A DNA stretch of 64,000 nt from the NCBI GenBank assembly GCA_963789955.1, contig CAWBMV010000034.1, forward strand, positions 672,001-736,000, given 5' to 3'. Source of the DNA: an uncultured Candidatus Rokubacteria bacterium (GTDB lineage: Bacteria > Methylomirabilota > Methylomirabilia > Rokubacteriales > CSP1-6). Shown piece after piece: positions 60,969-64,000 of this stretch. The notes below the pieces were generated by a model. That model did not search any database. It worked only from the letters and a program-made list of their open reading frames with translations, and was not told where the DNA came from. The number at the start of each line of letters is the position of its first letter. Position 1 is the first letter of the stretch. The translations under genes and the position numbers were made by a program.

Positions 60969-62527
60969 TCGAACGGGTCGGCGGCGCGGCGCTCCGCGTC
61001 TACCAGGCGCACCGCCGCCGCGCGCTCGAGGGTGTGGCGCGCGACGCCGAGCCGCGTGCAGGAGGCGACCCTGCTCGATCTGGTGAACTCGGCCCGCGGG
61101 ACCGCGTTCGGACGCTCGCATCGCTTCGAGCAAATCCGTTCCGTCGCCGACTATCAGGCGCGGACGCCGCTCGGCGACTATCTGCGCTTTCAGCCGCTCT
61201 GGACGCGGGCCATCAACGGCGAACGCGATCTCACCTGGCCGGGGCGGCCCCGCTACTGGGTGAAGACGTCGGGCACCACCGCGGGCGACAAGACGATTCC
61301 GGTGACCCCCGAGGCGTTCCGCGCTCATCGGAAGGGCGGCTGGGACGCGTTGTTGATCGCCGCCGAGCGCGGCGGCTTCGAGAGTATCGCGGGCGGGCCG
61401 CTGCTGTTTCTCGGCGGGTGCACGAGCCTGAAGCCGATCGGGCAGGGCTGCTGGGTCGGCGATCTCTCGGGCCTCATGGTGCAGGACCTGCCGCCCGGTT
61501 TCCGCTCGCGCTATTCGCCCGGGCGCGACATCGCGTCGATCCCGGACTGGGACCAGCGGATCGACGCCGTCGCCGAGCTGATCCAGCATCAGGACCTCCG
61601 ACTGATCTCCGGGATGCCGTCATGGCTCCTGATCCTCTTCGAGCGCGTCGCGCGCGCCCGGCGCGCGCGGGTCGGCCCGTGGCGAGCCTGGGTGAGTGCT
61701 GGCCGAACCTGAGCGCTCTCATCCACGGCGGCGTCTCGTTCGCACCGTACCGCGTGACCGTCGAGGAGTGGATGGGACGGCCGATCGAGTACGTCGAGGT
61801 GTATCCCGCCTCGGAAGGCTTCGTCGGGCTCCAGACCGAGCGCACGGGCGGGCTGACGCTCATGCTCGACTACGGAATCTTCTACGAGTTCGTGCCGGTC
61901 GAGGATCTGGGCCGCGCGCGGCCGCGGCGGCATACGGTCGCCGACGTCGAGCTCGACCGACCCTATGCGGTCGCGCTGACGACTTCCGCCGGGCTCTGGT
62001 CCTATCTGCTGGGCGACACGGTCCGCTTCACCGCGCGCGATCCGCTCCGTCTCGTGATCACCGGGCGCACGCGCCACTTCGTGAACGCGTTCGGCGAGAA
62101 CGTCATCATCGAGGAAGTGGAGCAGGCCCTGGTGGTCGCCTGCCGCCGGACGGGCGCCGAGCCGGGGGAGTTCACGGTCGCGCCGCGCTATCCGTCGGCC
62201 GGCGAGCCGCGTGGCGGCCACGAGTGGCTGGTCGAGTTCCGCATCCCGCCGCGTGACCGGGACGTCTTCGTGCGCGAGCTGGACGAGGCACTGGCCGCGC
62301 TCAACACCGATTACCGCACCAAGCGGACCGACGACGTCGGCATGATCGCCCCGCGGCTCGTCGAGATGCCGCAGGGCTCGTTCCATCGATGGATGCGTGA
62401 AGCCGGCAAGCTGGGCGACCAGCACAAGGTTCCTCGCGTCCTGAACGATCGCGCCGTCGTCGAGGCGCTGCTGGCCGCGACCGGCGCACGCGAGAGGGAG
62501 CCGCTCGTTCACTCGGTAGGCTCCTAA
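60965..62527 (+). CDS. GH3 family acyl-acid amido synthetase-like protein (frameshifts near 61030 and 61680)
   Basis: KTSGTTAG.K.IP (ANL P-loop), EVYPASEGF, YEFVP, GLWSY.LGDTV.F, GRT.HF.NAFGE, GDQHKVPRV. Confidence 0.85.
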   Translation: MIERVGGAALRVYQAHRRRALEGVARDAEPRAGGDPARSGELGPRDRVRTLASLRANPFRRRLSGADAARRLSALSAALDAGHQRRTRSHLAGAAPLLGEDVGHHRGRQDDSGDPRGVPRSSEGRLGRVVDRRRARRLREYRGRAAAVSRRVHEPEADRAGLLGRRSLGPHGAGPAARFPLALFARARHRVDPGLGPADRRRRRADPASGPPTDLRDAVMAPDPLRARRARPARAGRPVASLGECWPNLSALIHGGVSFAPYRVTVEEWMGRPIEYVEVYPASEGFVGLQTERTGGLTLMLDYGIFYEFVPVEDLGRARPRRHTVADVELDRPYAVALTTSAGLWSYLLGDTVRFTARDPLRLVITGRTRHFVNAFGENVIIEEVEQALVVACRRTGAEPGEFTVAPRYPSAGEPRGGHEWLVEFRIPPRDRDVFVRELDEALAALNTDYRTKRTDDVGMIAPRLVEMPQGSFHRWMREAGKLGDQHKVPRVLNDRAVVEALLAATGAREREPLVHSVGS

Positions 62528-62536
62528 GGGACGGCG

Positions 62537-62569
62537 CCGGGGGACGCGCCCTCCCGACGCGTCCTCCGG
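62537..62569 (+). terminator. GC-rich hairpin after the GH3 stop
   Basis: CCGGGGGACGCG / CGCGTCCTCCGG; no U-tract. Confidence 0.4.
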
Positions 62570-62604
62570 GCCGATCTCGTCGCTGCCTCGCGCAAGCGGT
62601 TGAA

Positions 62605-62633
62605 TCGTCACCCCGTCGTAATCAATCAGTAAC
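62605..62633 (+). promoter_or_regulatory. Pho box: three 11-bp-periodic half sites
   Basis: TCGTCAC, TCGTAAT, CAGTAAC at 62605, 62616, 62627, followed by -10-like TAGCGT; directly upstream of alkaline phosphatase. Confidence 0.7.
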
Positions 62634-62670
62634 GAAGCTCGTCTAGCGTCCGCTCACGGGAGGGCGCGAC

Positions 62671-64000
62671 ATGCTCGTGAAAATCCTTTGGTTGGGCCTG
62701 GCCCTGGCGGCGGCCGCGCTCGGCGCGGCGCCGGCCGGCGCGATCACGATCTACCCGATCGACCGGGCTCAGATCCTCGCCGGGTCGCGCTTCGATCTCA
62801 AGGTCGAGTTCGACGGCGTCGTCAAGGTGTCCGACACGAAAGTGACCATCGACGGCACGGAGCTCTCGGCGGCACTCGGCCGATCGGCCACGTTCGTGGA
62901 GCGCGAGAGCGGAGCGGCGGCGTCCGCTCTGCTCGTGCGCGATGTGTCGCTGACCAGACCCGGGCGGTACGCCATCGCCGTGAGCGACGGGAAGAGCTCG
63001 AAGACGGTGAGCTGGGAGGTGTACGCGACCGGACCCCGCAAGGCGCGTAACGTGATCCTCTTCATCGGCGACGGTATGGCGGGCGCACACCGAACGGCCG
63101 CGCGCATCCTGACGGCCGGCATCACCGAAGGGCGCTACCACGGCGGCCTGGCCATGGACGCGATGTCGAACATGGCGCTGCTGGGCACGGCCGGAGTCGA
63201 CTCGATCATCACCGACTCGGCGAACTCGGCCAGCGCCTACACGACCGGACACAAGTCGAGCGTGAACGCCCTCGGTGTCTATGCCGACCGTACGCCCGAC
63301 ACGCTCGACGATCCGAAGGTGGAGACCCTCACGAGCCTGATCAAGCGCACGCGCAGGATGGCGGTCGGCGTGGTCACGAATACCGAGGTGGAAGACGCCA
63401 CCCCGGCCGCGATGGTCGCCCACACGCGGCGGCGGAGCGACTACGACCCGATCGTCGGAATGTTCCACGAGAGCGGGGTCGACGTGCTGATGGGCGGCGG
63501 CGCCGCGCATTTCCTGCCGAAGTCGTCCCCGGGCTCCCGCCGGAAGGACGAGGTCGACTATATCGCCAAGTTTCGCGCGAGCGGCTACACGATCGCAACG
63601 AACGACCGCGAGATGAAATCGGCGACCGCCGATCCGGCGACACACAAGCTCCTGGGGCTGTTCCATCCCGGCAACATGGACGGCGTGCTCGACCGCAAAT
63701 TCCTCAAGCAGGGGACCGTCACGTCGTTCCCGGAGCAGCCCGATCTGGTCGATATGGTCAGGACGGCGCTCACGGTGCTGGCGCGGAACGACGACGGCTT
63801 CGTCCTGATGGTCGAGTCGGGGCTGATCGACAAGTACTCGCACCCGCTCGACTGGGAGCGCGCGGTCATGGACACGATCATGCTCGACCGCGCGGTCGCG
63901 GTCGCGAAGGAATTCGCCGGCGCGCGCGACGACACGCTCATTCTCGTGACGGCCGATCACACGCACGGGCTCTCGCTCATCGGCACCGTGGACGACACCG
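62671..64000 (+). CDS. phoA: Alkaline phosphatase (PhoA family) with N-terminal extra domain, 3'-truncated by the window; absent from the ORF track
   Basis: Signal peptide MLVKILWLG..., NVILFIGDGM, ITDSANSASA..TGHK, DATPAA, LMVESGLIDKYSH, TLILVTADHTH. Confidence 0.92.
   Translation, partial: MLVKILWLGLALAAAALGAAPAGAITIYPIDRAQILAGSRFDLKVEFDGVVKVSDTKVTIDGTELSAALGRSATFVERESGAAASALLVRDVSLTRPGRYAIAVSDGKSSKTVSWEVYATGPRKARNVILFIGDGMAGAHRTAARILTAGITEGRYHGGLAMDAMSNMALLGTAGVDSIITDSANSASAYTTGHKSSVNALGVYADRTPDTLDDPKVETLTSLIKRTRRMAVGVVTNTEVEDATPAAMVAHTRRRSDYDPIVGMFHESGVDVLMGGGAAHFLPKSSPGSRRKDEVDYIAKFRASGYTIATNDREMKSATADPATHKLLGLFHPGNMDGVLDRKFLKQGTVTSFPEQPDLVDMVRTALTVLARNDDGFVLMVESGLIDKYSHPLDWERAVMDTIMLDRAVAVAKEFAGARDDTLILVTADHTHGLSLIGTVDDT

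Noticed and set aside
60095..62527. 810-aa hydrolase-GH3 fusion
   Set aside because: Mosaic of frames; the hydrolase stop (60968) and GH3 start (60965) are distinct

Overview
High-GC (roughly 70% by eye) bacterial chromosome segment with about 60 densely packed genes. Gene content and style suggest an uncultured diderm soil lineage such as Rokubacteria/Methylomirabilota (inference only). Main blocks: end of the glycine-cleavage locus (gcvPB, LipM/LplA-like ligase, NUDIX, pepA); DUF151 nuclease + AAA+ ATPase + thioesterase; a GldA/F/G-like ABC system with DUF4340; a full tol-pal operon; a NitT/TauT ABC importer; double-domain ThyX; a BetI-like TetR unit; tandem M20 amidohydrolases coupled to a nitrosocyanin-like cupredoxin and a di-haem cytochrome c; MoxR/VWA; a beta-propeller + InlB-repeat surface protein; and a phosphate-starvation locus (DUF3047-phoB-phoR, PHP-hydrolase-GH3, phoA). 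About 17 genes, including pal, tolA and phoR, have single-base frameshifts that are most likely long-read errors. No rRNA, tRNA, CRISPR array or transposase was seen. Top leads: (1) a minimal AAA+ ATPase ending in the proteasome-docking motif GQYL, a candidate new 20S proteasome activator; (2) a Pho-box-associated PHP/hydrolase/GH3 amido-ligase operon, a candidate phosphorus-sparing lipid-remodelling pathway; (3) a nitrosocyanin-like copper protein with altered ligands; (4) long palindromic or MITE-like elements at convergent gene junctions. All annotations come from motif reading, with no database searches.
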